DNA from: Welwitschia mirabilis
Lineage: Eukaryota
Assembly (NCBI GenBank): GCA_051453625.1
Contig: JBOZIK010000001.1
Span: forward strand, 26,920,619 to 26,960,531
DNA length: 39,913 nt
Direction: 5' to 3'
Positions 11,974 to 24,621 of this stretch are shown here, piece by piece. Positions within the stretch are counted from its first letter, which is position 1. Every line of letters begins with the position of its first letter. The notes beneath the pieces were generated by a model that did not search any database, was not told the origin of the DNA, and saw nothing but the letters and a program-made list of their open reading frames with translations. A program made the translations under genes and the position numbers.

Positions 11974-14900
11974 ATGTGGAGTTAATAAATATTAATGATT
12001 ATTTATTTTTAATGAAGAAAATGATAAAGATCCTCTTCAACGTATATCTAGCATCAAAAAATTAGTGATTACTTTTGGAAATAGTAAAAAATAAATTAAT
12101 TATTATACTTACATTGTTATATGTCTTATTATGTTAAAAGAGAAAGAAAAGTTATCACTAAGGACTATTCCATATAAAATCTTAAAAATATGAAATCAAT
12201 TTTAAGAAGCCTTTATAAAAAGATTTATGAGTGAAACAATAATAAGAAAAATAAAAAGAGAAGTAATAAATTTTTAATAACAACCTAATAAAGATTAAAC
12301 CATACTTATGAATGATTTTTCATTGCAATATTCTCTAATCCTATAGATGCATTGACTTAAGAAGAATTAGTAAATTATTTCCATAGTGGATTTAATAGCC
12401 AAACTAAACAACCTATAGATTTTTCAAGCAATAAAAATTTAATAAATATCAGTTTAGAAAATGCATGGAGGTTATTGGAAGAACTAGTAAAAGTAAGTCA
12501 AACATGGGCAAAACCAACACTTAAAGAAAATTGTACTATAGGCCAAATCATAAAATATCTTAAAGAAGTAAAACAAGAAAAGGAGGAGGTAAAAATAGAA
12601 AAAGAAACAAAAAGTATTATTAATGATTTCACACCAACATTAGAAAAATGCGCTTAAATGATTTTAGATACAAAGTAACAATTGAAAAGAATGTGATTCC
12701 AACTTGTGATTTTTGTAAAGATAATTATGATGAAACTAAAAAATGTCCTTTATTACCAATTTACAAAGAAAAATTAATGAAGTGGTGCATGAATTCAATA
12801 AAAATTCTTCAAACTTTAGAAATCAAAATCTAAACCAATTTCAGCCTACAATGAATGGACAACCTAACTTTTAATCTTTTGAGAACAAATTCAAAAACTT
12901 TCAAGAAAATTATCCAAATTTTCAACCATTTAGAAATAGATTTGAGAATGATAACTTTAAAAAAAAGTCATTTAAACTTCCACTCAAGTAGTTCAAATTT
13001 TCAAGCAAGCATATCGAATTCTCAAAATTAAAATGATTCACTTAGAAATTCCATTGATGAATTTATAAAATCTCAAGAAAAATAAACTTAAATATTGAAA
13101 ATCTAGTAAATGTTCTTAAATAAACTATGATTAAAAATCAAAGATCACAAAGATCACTTGCAATACAAATTTTACCAAACCCTAATGAAGTAAGAAAATA
13201 TTGTAAAGTTGTGATAAGAAGTGGGAATTAAACAACACCTCCTACCTATGAGGCTTCAACTTCTCAAAATGATAAGAATTAAGAAGAAAAAGAGGATATG
13301 AAATCTTAGAAAATCATACCTTCCCTTCTACTTTAAGTGATGAGCTTAATAAGAAAAATTCTTCTTAAGATAAAGATAAGAAACCTGCTACCCCTTAGCT
13401 TGATAGATTAAATACCAATCCTACCTTTGATGATTATCTTAAAGACTTAATACAAGATGTAAGCATAAATTTACCATTTTGAAAACTCTTGCAAGAAAAT
13501 TCTAAATATTCTAAGTTGTGGAAAGACCTAATTAGAAGGACATAAACATGAATCATGCCTAGTAAAATCTTTCTAGCCTAATCTATAACCAACTTAGTTT
13601 TGCAAAAAGGTCCAAAATTTAAGGATCTAAGGGAGGCAATATTTAGTATCACTTTAGAAAGAAATAAAAGAATTAAAAAAGCCTTAATCGATATAGGAAC
13701 GAGTGTTACTATTATGCCTTTATACATTTGTTAACAACTTGATTTAGAAAGTAGAATAGATCCTCCATGTATGATCTTAGAATTAGTAGATACATCATTA
13801 AAGAAACCTTTAAGAATAATAAAATATTTGGTATTACAAATTGAGGAAGCATTCTATCCAATGAATGTGGTTGTGATTAAAGTTGAGTATAACAAATATT
13901 ATCCACTACTTCTAGGTAGAGCATTTTGTGTAATAACCCATTATATTATTAATACAAGAACTATAATGATGGAGTGCTACTTATAAAATAAAATTTTACC
14001 ATTAGGGTTTTTAATGCTATTAAAAAAGATCTAGGTAATGAGTTAATTGTTGAAGAAGAAATTAAGCCAACATTATTTTTATGTCATCATCCACTTAAAG
14101 AGAGTTAGTTAATTATTTATGAGCCTACCTTATATGACGATCCATTTGAAGTAAAAAACTTAAAAGCTTTCAATGACGACAATCTCAACTATGAGCATTT
14201 AGGAACTGACTATTTTAATCAGGAAATTGAGAAAACTAAAACTACACTCTATGAAGGAGTATAACATCTAAAAATAAGTAGGATTTTATATTTTTAGGAA
14301 GTTCATCCATCCTTGTCATCTGGATGATGGCCTAAGATGATAGTTAACTCTGATAAAAAATTAATAGAAACTAAAAATCTAAATTTAAATCTAAAACCTT
14401 TACTTGGTGGACTAAAATATACCTTTTTTGTGTGATGATCAGAATAAACTATTAATAATAAATAAGAATCTTCCTCCTTAACAAGAATAAATTTTAATCT
14501 CACTTTTGAATTCTAAGATCAATCCGTTTACTTAGATCCAAAATGATTTAATAGCCATTCCTACTTCCCTTATTTAACATAAAATCTAATCTTGAGGATA
14601 ATGTAAAACCTATTAGGAAATGTTAATCTAGACTAAATCCTACCCTTAAATAAGGCATAAAGATGAAATAATTAAATTAATGAATATTAAAATTATTTAT
14701 ACCATATCTAATAGTAAGTGAATTAGCCCTATGATGATAGTGCCTAAGAAAAGAGGGAAATGAAGAATGTGCATTAATTTTAAAAAGCTAAATGAAGTAA
14801 TAAAAAAAGACCATTACCCTTTATCTTTTATTAACTAGATACTTAATAGAATCCAAGTATGTGCCTTTTATTAATATTTTTATGAGTATAGTGGCTATAA

Positions 14901-17211
14901 TCAGGTTTTTATAGCTAGTTAAAATCAAGTTAAAACAACTTTCCTTTATCTTTTGGAACATTTAATTTTAGATGCATGCCTTTTGGACTTTGTAATGCTC
15001 TTGGTACTTTTCAACATGCAATGATGGGTATCTTTTCTGATATGTTATAGGATTCAATTCAAATTTTTATGGATAACTTCTCAATCTATGGTGAAAACTT
15101 TGAATAAATTTTAGAAAGGTTAGAGAAAGTCCTTAATATATTCATTAAAAGTGGCATACATTTGAGTTGGAAGAAGAGTTTCTTTCTAGATAATGGAATT
15201 TTATTAAGACATGACATTTCTAGTAAAGAAATTATAATGGATTCTAAAAAAGTAAGTATCATTAAAAACCTAACTCTTTTAACAAATATAAAACAAGTCT
15301 AACCTTTCCTTAGTCATTGTGATTTTTATTGTTATTTTATTCAGGATTATGCTAAAATCTATAAATCCCTTCACTTATTACTTTAAAAAAAGGCTAAATT
15401 TAAATGGAAAGAATCTTATTAGCTTACTTTTAAAATACTTAAAGACAAAATCTCTTTCAAATGTCTTTAACAAGACCTATTTTGAATTAATATGTGATGA
15501 TAGTAATATTGCCATGGGTGGAGTTCTTAGATAAAAGTATGACAATGATTTTAAAGTTATATTTTATCATAGTAAAAATTAGTCTAAAGCTTAATCAAAT
15601 TACACTATTATTAAGAAAGAAATATTAGCCATAATCTTGTTCCTTAATACTCTCAGATAGTATATTTTAGACTTTTATATGAATGTTCATATCAACTATG
15701 TAGCTATTAGATACCTGATCACCAAAAAAATTATAGTGCTAGACTCATTAGATTAATCCTTCTTGTGCAAGAATTTAATCTTACCATCATTGATAAAGAA
15801 GAGAAACATAATAGTATAGTAGATCATTTGTCACATATTTCATCTTCTCTTAATGATTTTATGATTGATTATTCTTTTTTAGATGAATAAATTATTACCA
15901 TATCTTCTAATCATCCTCCTCCTTAGTATGATGATATGGTTAATTATCTTGTTACCATGAAAATAGAATAACATTAGAGTCATAATAAAATAAAATCTTT
16001 TCTTCATAAAATAGGTAATTATGAATGGATAGATCCACATTTGTATCGTAGGTGTAAAAACCAAATCATTAGAAAATGTGAGTATGAATAAAAAAGCTTA
16101 GACATCCTTTATCTTTACCATAGTGGTATTTGTGAAGGTCATTTTAGCGGATAGAAAATAGCAATAAAAATTTTTCATTCTGGTTTTTATTGACGTATTC
16201 CTTTTAGGACTCTTTTAATTTTACTAGAAAGTGTGATGCTTGTCAAAATTATGGTAGTCTTTTTCATTCTCATGATATGCCTCTTAAACCTATTCTTAAT
16301 TTTAACCTTTTTATTATTAGAAAATTGATTTTATAGGGTCTATTAAATCACTTTCTAATAATAATAATTATATTTTACTGGCTTTGATTATGTTACTAAA
16401 TGGGTTAAAGTTGTTTCTACTTTTACAAATGATGCTCAACTATTTGTAATTTTATTAGAACTCATTTTTTTAACATTTGGATTTTCTAAAATTACTGTTA
16501 GTGTTTAAAGAAGTCACTTTATTAATCAACTTTTTAGAAAAATTCTTTTATCCATTGGAATTTAACATAGAGTAGTTTGTGCTTATCATCCAGAAATCAA
16601 TGGTCAAGCTGAAAATGTAAATAGGGAAATAAAGTAAATGATTCAATAAAATTGCCTTCATTAATAATAAATCCAGAGCTTCTAAACTTAATGATGTTAT
16701 TTGAGATTATGTACTACTTACCATAATTCTCTTAGGTTCTCACTTTATGAACTTCTGTATCAAAAAGTTTATGTTTTACTAGTTGATGTGTGTTATAACT
16801 CTTATTGTTCTTTATATCAGATTAATCTTGTAGATCTTCATGAAAATATTAAAAATAGAGTATCTCAACTTAATCACTTAGATAAAAAATGTATACATGC
16901 TATACTTCATCTACTCATTCATAAAGCCTAAGCTAAGTTCAAACATGATAGAAAATTACTTCATAAAGCATTTGAACTTGGTTAACTTGTTCTTTTATAT
17001 AATACTAGAGTGCATCTTTTACACAAAAAGTTGATCTCTAAAATATCCTTATCTTATAGAGAAAGTACATTCTAATGGCTCTGTTGATATTTTGGACTTA
17101 AATACTAAGAAGATTTAGAAAGGTAATGGATAAAGGTTGAAAATATACAAAAAAGCCTTTCAATGTAACTTTGAACATAATAGAAGTAATTGTTTTAGCG
17201 ATTTTCCTTGA
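11974..17211 (+). pseudogene. Athila-like gag-pol pseudogene (gag remainder, protease, RT, RNase H, integrase)
   Basis: Gag: FNEENDKDPLQRI (~12008). Protease: ALIDIGTSVTIMP (13681), PLLLGRAF (~13903). RT: IIYTISNSK*ISPMMIVPKK (14692), KDHYPL, MPFGLCNA (~14977), IFMDNFSIYG (~15063). RNase H: FELICDDSNIAMGGVL (15481). Integrase: CDACQ (~16232), AYHPEINGQAENVNREIK (16581), KGNG*RLKIY (~17119). Confidence 0.92.
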
Positions 17212-19473
17212 TGGGGAGGATTTTATCCCTATCATTGTTTAAATTCTCTCTTATCCTATTCTTAGGTGAATGTGATGATGTCACTCGGTCATCTTTAGAT
17301 TCATTTATGTATTATTTTTATGAAGTTTCCATGACTAGTGTTTATACTTGGGCATTTTTATAGTGATAAGATTATATTCACCCAATATCAAGACATTTAC
17401 ATGTTTATGAACTTCACTTTAAAGGAAGGTTCCTTGATTTTTGTACTTTTTTTTTTAAATGGTATGAGGTCTTTGGTTATTTAGGTGTGCTCTTTGCTAT
17501 CTTTCATTCCACTTCTTTACCTTTATTTTTTTGAGTATGTGATTATGTAGGAAGTATTCATATCGAAAAAAAAAGAGTGAGAGAGAGATAGAGAGAATAA
17601 TAATCATAATCTATTATACCTATGCTAAAATACATGGTCACCCTAATTTCCTATCACACTAGAGTAATTATTTTTGAAATAATCCTTTTCCAGTATTGAT
17701 AGCTATGATAACTTTAGTGAGTGTTCAGTTGACCATACTTCGTAGGTCCTTACTTCTCTGACTATGGTTGTACTCCCCTCATTATGGAAAGTAGTAATAA
17801 AACTTTGAGGCTATGGGATCAATGTTGTTCTTAGTACCATCAGAGGCATTACTTATTTTCTATACTCTTATTATTCCCACATGATCATTTCACTTTTGAG
17901 GATTCATGTGTGTTTTGGATTATGAGCAAGTAAGTTCATTTTTAAATGGCTTTTGGTCTTATCATTCATTATTTTGAGAACTTAATCTTTGGTGTCATCA
18001 TAATCACTACTTTTTAAGTGGAACTTTATAGAGTTAATACATTTTTCACGCATATTTAATCAAGTGGCTTTATGATGTTTTCTAAAGGGGTTTACTAGGT
18101 TAGAATTTAGGATAGGTAATTTATTTTCTTCATGATCCTCATGTCCATTTTTGTTTTGTTTTTCTTTAGTTCTTCAATCTTTTATTTCAAAGTCATTCTT
18201 TTACTTTTTCATCATCATTTTTAGAATCTTATCATTTAGTAGTTTCTTTATTATTATTTTTATTTTTACTCATGGTTTTTAGCAATCAAAGTAACTTTCT
18301 CTTAGAAATTTTTTTTCATGATTATCTTTTATGCTTAGATGATTTTCTTTATGATTTTTTATGAGATTCGTTTGAGCCTTTTGCAGTTCTACATATTTCT
18401 ATGATAATTTTTTATTTTGGGCATGTTTGTTTAGTTTTTATTTACCAAGGTTCATTCTACTTATTTTATTATCTTTTGATTCTTTTAAGTCTTCCTCATT
18501 CTGTATTCTCATTTATTACAATTCTTTATCATTCCCTATTTTTTGAGTTTTCTGATAAAATCTAATACCTTTATGCTAATATCTAAGCCTAACTTATTTT
18601 GTTGATATTTTTATTTTTTTGAACTTTTTTAAAGTTCTATCATCCACTAGGTTATCTAAATGATAAGGCAGATAACAGCTGAGATTTTTTTAAGATCATC
18701 CTAAGGCTCTTGTTCAGACAATGTAACCGGATGACAGTGTAATAAAATCACCACCATGATTTTTTTCCTTTATTTTTTCTCATTTTTGAGTTATTTTCAT
18801 TTGTTCCATTAAGAGATGATAATCAATCTGCTACTTATCGACATTTTAAAACCTTCCATTGCAAGTTTAGCACATCAGATTACAAGATTTGAACAAATTT
18901 GTTAAAATGAGGTATATTTTTCTCTTCCTCATTATTTTTTATTTTCTTCCATTTTTGAGTCTTTTAGCACATAGTTTTCACATATATCACTTAGGTTTTT
19001 TGTGCTCTTTAATTTGGTACTTATAGATCTAATTTTTGCTACATATTTTGTGAGATATCTTGAATTATGCATTTTATGAGATAAAATTAGGTTTTTAATT
19101 TTAAAACTCATTTTCTCAAAAACCTTAAGTCGAAACATAGTGGTCCTTTTAGGTAAAATGATCAGTATAATGAGATTTATGATTCCATAAAATTAGACTT
19201 TTAATTTGAGTACTTTCATTTTTGACATTATGTGGGGGCCACTAGTTTTAATCTTTTTCAAGTTGTCTTACATTTTGCATCTTTCTTTGCATGATTAGGA
19301 AAAACAGGACATATTGATTCTCTTGAAAGAGTAGGAGGGATAGGACATATTTTCACAATTTTTACACATTAAAAACTAATTTTTTAGGGTTTTTTAGAGC
19401 TTCCACGAGATACATTTCAATGATTTTGACTTAATCTTATGTAATGTTTTTTTCATTTATAACTGATTAGGCC

Positions 19474-20657
19474 ATGCACATGATGGTCTAAATAGGTTAA
19501 CACATATGTTGATGTAGTAGAGTAGGAGGTGAGTCCATTCATACTACTTGAGATTGAGCGATTAGAGCTAGTTCACCCTCCACCTCATTAGGCTTAGTCT
19601 CTCTTAATTTAGATAGCTTTAATTTGAGTAGAGAGATATTTTAATGATTTCATGAGTTGACTAGATCTAGAAGTGGATTAAAGACTAATATATCTACAAT
19701 TAGGTGGCTTGTAGATGCACATAGAGCTTACTACACCTCAAAGACTAGAGAGTTTTATAACACTTTGTGTATTGAGAGGAATTTCAATTCTCATGAATGC
19801 CTTGTTGACATGATTATAGCTATCATTCTCAGTAATGAGATATTGATTCTTTTGAGCCACATCATTGTTGTTAATGATCTAGTCGGCATTGAGAGCATAC
19901 ACATCCACTTAGCTGGTGGTATAAAGAAGAACTATGCTTATGGTACAACATTAGACATACCAGTTAACATAACTAGTGATAATTAGGGAGTTTTGATGAT
20001 ATAGTTATTACTTACTTATCCAATTCTTCACAAATGGTTGATTCATAAAATTAGCCCTTCCTTCCACAATATTCATGCCATGGTTACTCACCTTTAGATG
20101 TTAGCAGCATCTAAGAAGAGGGAGTAGATGGACTTACCAACCTTTATTTAGAGGAAAAGAACATGATTGAGGCTTAATAGTGATATACTCTAGGAAATCC
20201 TTGCCTCCTCTCAGTTATGTTTAGGCACTTTAGTATACTTAAGCCTGTGAATGAGCAGAAACTCATGCATACATAGACTTTAGCTTATTACTTATAAAAT
20301 ATGACTATTTATATTCTATGAGAGGCACTGAGACCTTAGGTATAGAGACCTATGGTTATTATCATCATTGAGTAGGTTCAGGCTCTCCTAACAAATATCA
20401 AATAGAGCATTAGAGAGATGGTAGACTGAGGCTTCACCACGCTTGAGTAGAGGATATCTATAGTTGAGAGGAGAGTTTAGCACATTGAGAAGTAGTTGAA
20501 TGATATGTGTTAGTACATATTATGAATTAAGCATGATGTGACAATTGGTCTCCTAGAGGTAGTCAAAGTACAGGGAGATAAGATAACATGCTCCATTATG
20601 ACATTACTTGATCATCATTTCCCTGCAGATCCTGAGCACCCTTCTTCTTGCACTTGA
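19474..20657 (+). pseudogene. Athila second (env-like/ATHILA ORF-1-like) ORF, degenerate
   Basis: A less AT-rich, coding-like segment in the 3' region. The ORF-track peptide 19657-19986 contains AYYTSKTREFYNTL, resembling the T(R/L)EF-x-x-T block of Athila extra ORFs. Boundaries approximate. Confidence 0.55.
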
Positions 20658-21242
20658 GCATGCTGTATGTTAGGAATTCATTTTAGTATGATAAGGTGAG
20701 TTATTTATTGCATTATGTATATTCCCTCCATGGATTATATGAAAAATCATGATTTTTTAATAGACATATCATTTTTTAAGTATCATCATGATGCACATTT
20801 TTATTCCTGAGATATTATGCACCTCTTTTACATATCCTTTTTTTTGACATTTTATGATGAGGATTTTTCTTATGTTATACATAATTATTTTTTAGTATTT
20901 GCTATACATTTGAAGGAGAAGCTGTTAATATTATTACATTTTGATGTTTATCTTTCTGAAAAATGTTTTGTAGGCTTTTGTTTCTCAAGAATAATTTTTA
21001 AGCCTGTTGTCCCCTTTGTCATCTGGACGATTACTAGGATGACAGTATGACCACTTATACTATACAAGTGAAATGTTTAATTATCTATTTTCAATATTTC
21101 TGTCCTACATTTTGAGATTCCTAAGATTATTTCTAAGTTTATCTTATAGTTTCTTAGTTGATTTATCTTTAGTTAATTTAGATTGTAATCATGGTTGTCC
21201 ACTTGATTTTATTAGGAACTGATAAGGCTAAGTGGGGGACTA

Positions 21243-22507
21243 TGTTGTACTATCAAATTATGTATATTTGATGTGGTATTTGGAGTAGTTTTATAAGACA
21301 TTAGATAGGTTTATGCCAAGTTTTAATGATAATGGAGAGCTAAAGAAAATATCATAAAAACATGCAATCTTCATTACATTTGAGAGCAATTCAAGAAAAA
21401 TATAATACTTCATATCTAAAGCAATAACCTTATAATCAAAGAGGCTAATCTAATACAAAAAAATACCTTTACAAAGTCAATCATTACCTTATTGTCTAGA
21501 CAACCATATAGATGACAAAATGAATATATGCTGACTAGATCACTTATTAGACTAATATGGTAGTTAATGTGGATCCTATATGATGTGGTATCATTTCATG
21601 TGATGTTTGAATGACTAGAAGTATGACACCTAAAAGTGATACTTCATTAAACTTCACTAAACTTTCACCATATGTCTTACATCTTCTTGCATGGCTATTA
21701 GGATTTTAGTGCATCTGTTAGTGTTTATCATATTTAGAGTCTATGCTTGTAATAAACACCTATTTCATCATTGACTCTAAATTTATCTCCTTTGGCACTA
21801 AAAATTATCATGATAAGAGATTGAAGGGTAGGGGATCCATTCCTTATTATTGTAGAGAGACATCTTTCATAGTGTTGGGTTATGTATCATTCACCGAGGT
21901 GTTGTTGCTTGATAACATGAATGTTTATTTGACTTAATTAAGATTCTCTTTTTTTCATATCATTTGTTATATGCATCTCCCTTATATTTTACATTGCTTA
22001 TGATTCCATGATAGCTTCATCTATGATATAGATTACAAGGACAACCTTTGTTAAGGTTGACATTATTATTTTAGATGCATTACATTTCCTTTCCTAGATT
22101 AAGTTTGCATTGTTTTCATATTTTGTTTAACGCATCTGATACTTTAGATTAATATTGGTCTAGTGATTAATTTTTATAATTAATCTAGGTTATACAAGAT
22201 TGAGCTCCATGACAACTTAATTTGGTAATTGAATAGATGTTGCATTTAGAATAGAACTTGCATTTCATTTGTATAGTGTGTTTATCTATATTATTACTTT
22301 ACATTATTATCTTTTCTACTAGAAAGTGCATAAGTGTTTTATTTGAAATCAATTCTCTTTCTTCTTTCTTATGCCTTTGATGGAATTAAAACATTTGGAT
22401 TACTTCCCCACCTATATTGGTATGTTGTCTTGTGTAATATATATATTTTTGGTGATTTTCAGGATTTGTTTGAGGACATAACATTTGCACAAATATGTGC
22501 CACAATA
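21243..22507 (+). repeat. 3' LTR of Athila-like element A (~1.27 kb)
   Basis: Starts TGTTGTACTATCAA after PPT AAGTGGGGGACTA and ends ...AAATATGTGCCACAATA. 21897-22507 aligns with 1733-2906. Confidence 0.88.
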
Positions 22508-23759
22508 GATGTCATATTTACTATTTTATAATAATGTTTGGTTAGCTTTAATATTTTAAATTTCTATAATATTATAGGTATGATGATATACTTATGAATG
22601 CATATTATTTATTATTAGAAAGTCCTTAGAATTATAAGAGAAGTTATTTATTTCATAAAAAGAAGAATAGATGCACAATTAAAAATCTAAATAAAAAAGT
22701 TTTGAGCTATTAAATATAGAAGTTAGAGAGGACTATAGTAATTTGCATTTTATATGAAAGGTAGATTATGTAAGAAGTGAAAAACAATGGTGGTGACATT
22801 ATAGTCCTTATGAATACTTCTAGAAAGGAATAATACATGCATTAACTAAAGGAGGTAAATGAAGTTTTGAAACGTTTTAATGATATATTTAGTAAAATGA
22901 TTTACCATGTGGTTTACCTCTAATTAGAATTATTAGAGATTTAATTAACATGTTTTTTAATGCTTCTCTTCTTAAAATAGAAACACACTAGATGAATCTA
23001 GAAGAAGGATAATGGAATTAGAACACAAGTATTATAGTTATTGGATAATGGATTGATTAGAAATTTCTTATCTTCATGCTTTGTTCTCATTGTTTTAATA
23101 GCAAAAAAAGATTATACAAAGCTATACAAGTGTGCAACATCTACAACCACTAATAAGATAATAATGGGTTATTTCTTTTCTATAATTAGAAGGGATGATA
23201 TTATAGAGAGTTTAATATGTGAATGTATGTTTATTAAGATAGATTTAAAGATTTTGTATTAAGAAATAAGGACTAATAAAGGTGATGAATGAAAGACTAC
23301 ACTTAAAACTCCAAATAGATTATATGAATGATTTATAATCTCTTTTGGATTAACTAATGTACTAATCACTTATATGAGATTAATGATACAAGTTACTAAG
23401 AATTCTCTTGGAATATTTGTTATTATATTCCTAGATGATATTTTTATTTATAATAAAAGAATGTTAACACATAGGGTTACAAGATTAAGAAACAGAAGTT
23501 ATTGGTGTATAGAAAGAAGTATTTTGTATAGAGCTAAAGCTCATATTTTTGGGAATGGTAATTTCCAAATATGTGATCAGGATGAATCCTAAAAAGATAA
23601 AAGATATTTTGGATTAGCATACTTATTTTTCATCTAATGATGTAGGAAATTATCATGGTTTAGCATTTTTTGAATCAATTATTTGTAAAATAATTTCATA
23701 GCATTGAACACTTAACATGTTCTTGAAAGGATACCAACTGTATTAGTTTGTTACCTTTA

Positions 23760-23760
<1 letters not shown>
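22508..23760 (+). mobile_element. CRM-like (chromovirus) Ty3/Gypsy pol remnant: protease C-terminus and RT
   Basis: YDDILMNAYYLLLESP* (~22579; cf. CDVVPMDACHILLGRPW), SSCFVLIVLIAKKD (cf. SPCAVPVLLVPKKD), FIKIDLK, GDE*KTTLKT, FGLTNV..YMRLM, FVIIFLDDIFIY, VRNYHGLA (cf. VRSFHGLA). Confidence 0.82.
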
Positions 23761-23762
<2 letters not shown>

Positions 23763-23834
<72 letters not shown>

Positions 23835-24577
23835 NNNNNNNNNNNNNNNNNNNNNNNNNNNNNNNNNNNNNNNNNNNNNNNNNNNNNNNNNNNNNNNNNN
23901 NNNNNNNNNNNNNNNNNNNNNNNNNNNNNNNNNNNNNNNNNNNNNNNNNNNNNNNNNNNNNNNNNNNNNNNNNNNNNNNNNNNNNNNNNNNNNNNNNNNN
24001 NNNNNNNNNNNNNNNNNNNNNNNNNNNNNNNNNNNNNNNNNNNNNNNNNNNNNNNNNNNNNNNNNNNNNNNNNNNNNNNNNNNNNNNNNNNNNNNNNNNN
24101 NNNNNNNNNNNNNNNNNNNNNNNNNNNNNNNNNNNNNNNNNNNNNNNNNNNNNNNNNNNNNNNNNNNNNNNNNNNNNNNNNNNNNNNNNNNNNNNNNNNN
24201 NNNNNNNNNNNNNNNNNNNNNNNNNNNNNNNNNNNNNNNNNNNNNNNNNNNNNNNNNNNNNNNNNNNNNNNNNNNNNNNNNNNNNNNNNNNNNNNNNNNN
24301 NNNNNNNNNNNNNNNNNNNNNNNNNNNNNNNNNNNNNNNNNNNNNNNNNNNNNNNNNNNNNNNNNNNNNNNNNNNNNNNNNNNNNNNNNNNNNNNNNNNN
24401 NNNNNNNNNNNNNNNNNNNNNNNNNNNNNNNNNNNNNNNNNNNNNNNNNNNNNNNNNNNNNNNNNNNNNNNNNNNNNNNNNNNNNNNNNNNNNNNNNNNN
24501 NNNNNNNNNNNNNNNNNNNNNNNNNNNNNNNNNNNNNNNNNNNNNNNNNNNNNNNNNNNNNNNNNNNNNNNNNNNNN

Positions 24578-24619
<42 letters not shown>
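23763..24619. repeat. (AG)n microsatellite on both sides of a 743-N assembly gap
   Basis: Perfect AG repeats at 23763-23834 and 24578-24619, with N at 23835-24577. Confidence 0.97.

Positions 24620-24621
<2 letters not shown>

Larger units (their letters stand above)
1733..22507 (+). mobile_element. Athila-like Ty3/Gypsy LTR retrotransposon A (degenerate; interrupted by B and a Sirevirus-like Copia)
   Basis: Paired LTRs, decayed Athila-type PBS, gag-PR-RT-RH-IN order, long 3' region with an extra ORF, and PPT AAGTGGGGGA at 21230-21239. Confidence 0.9.
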
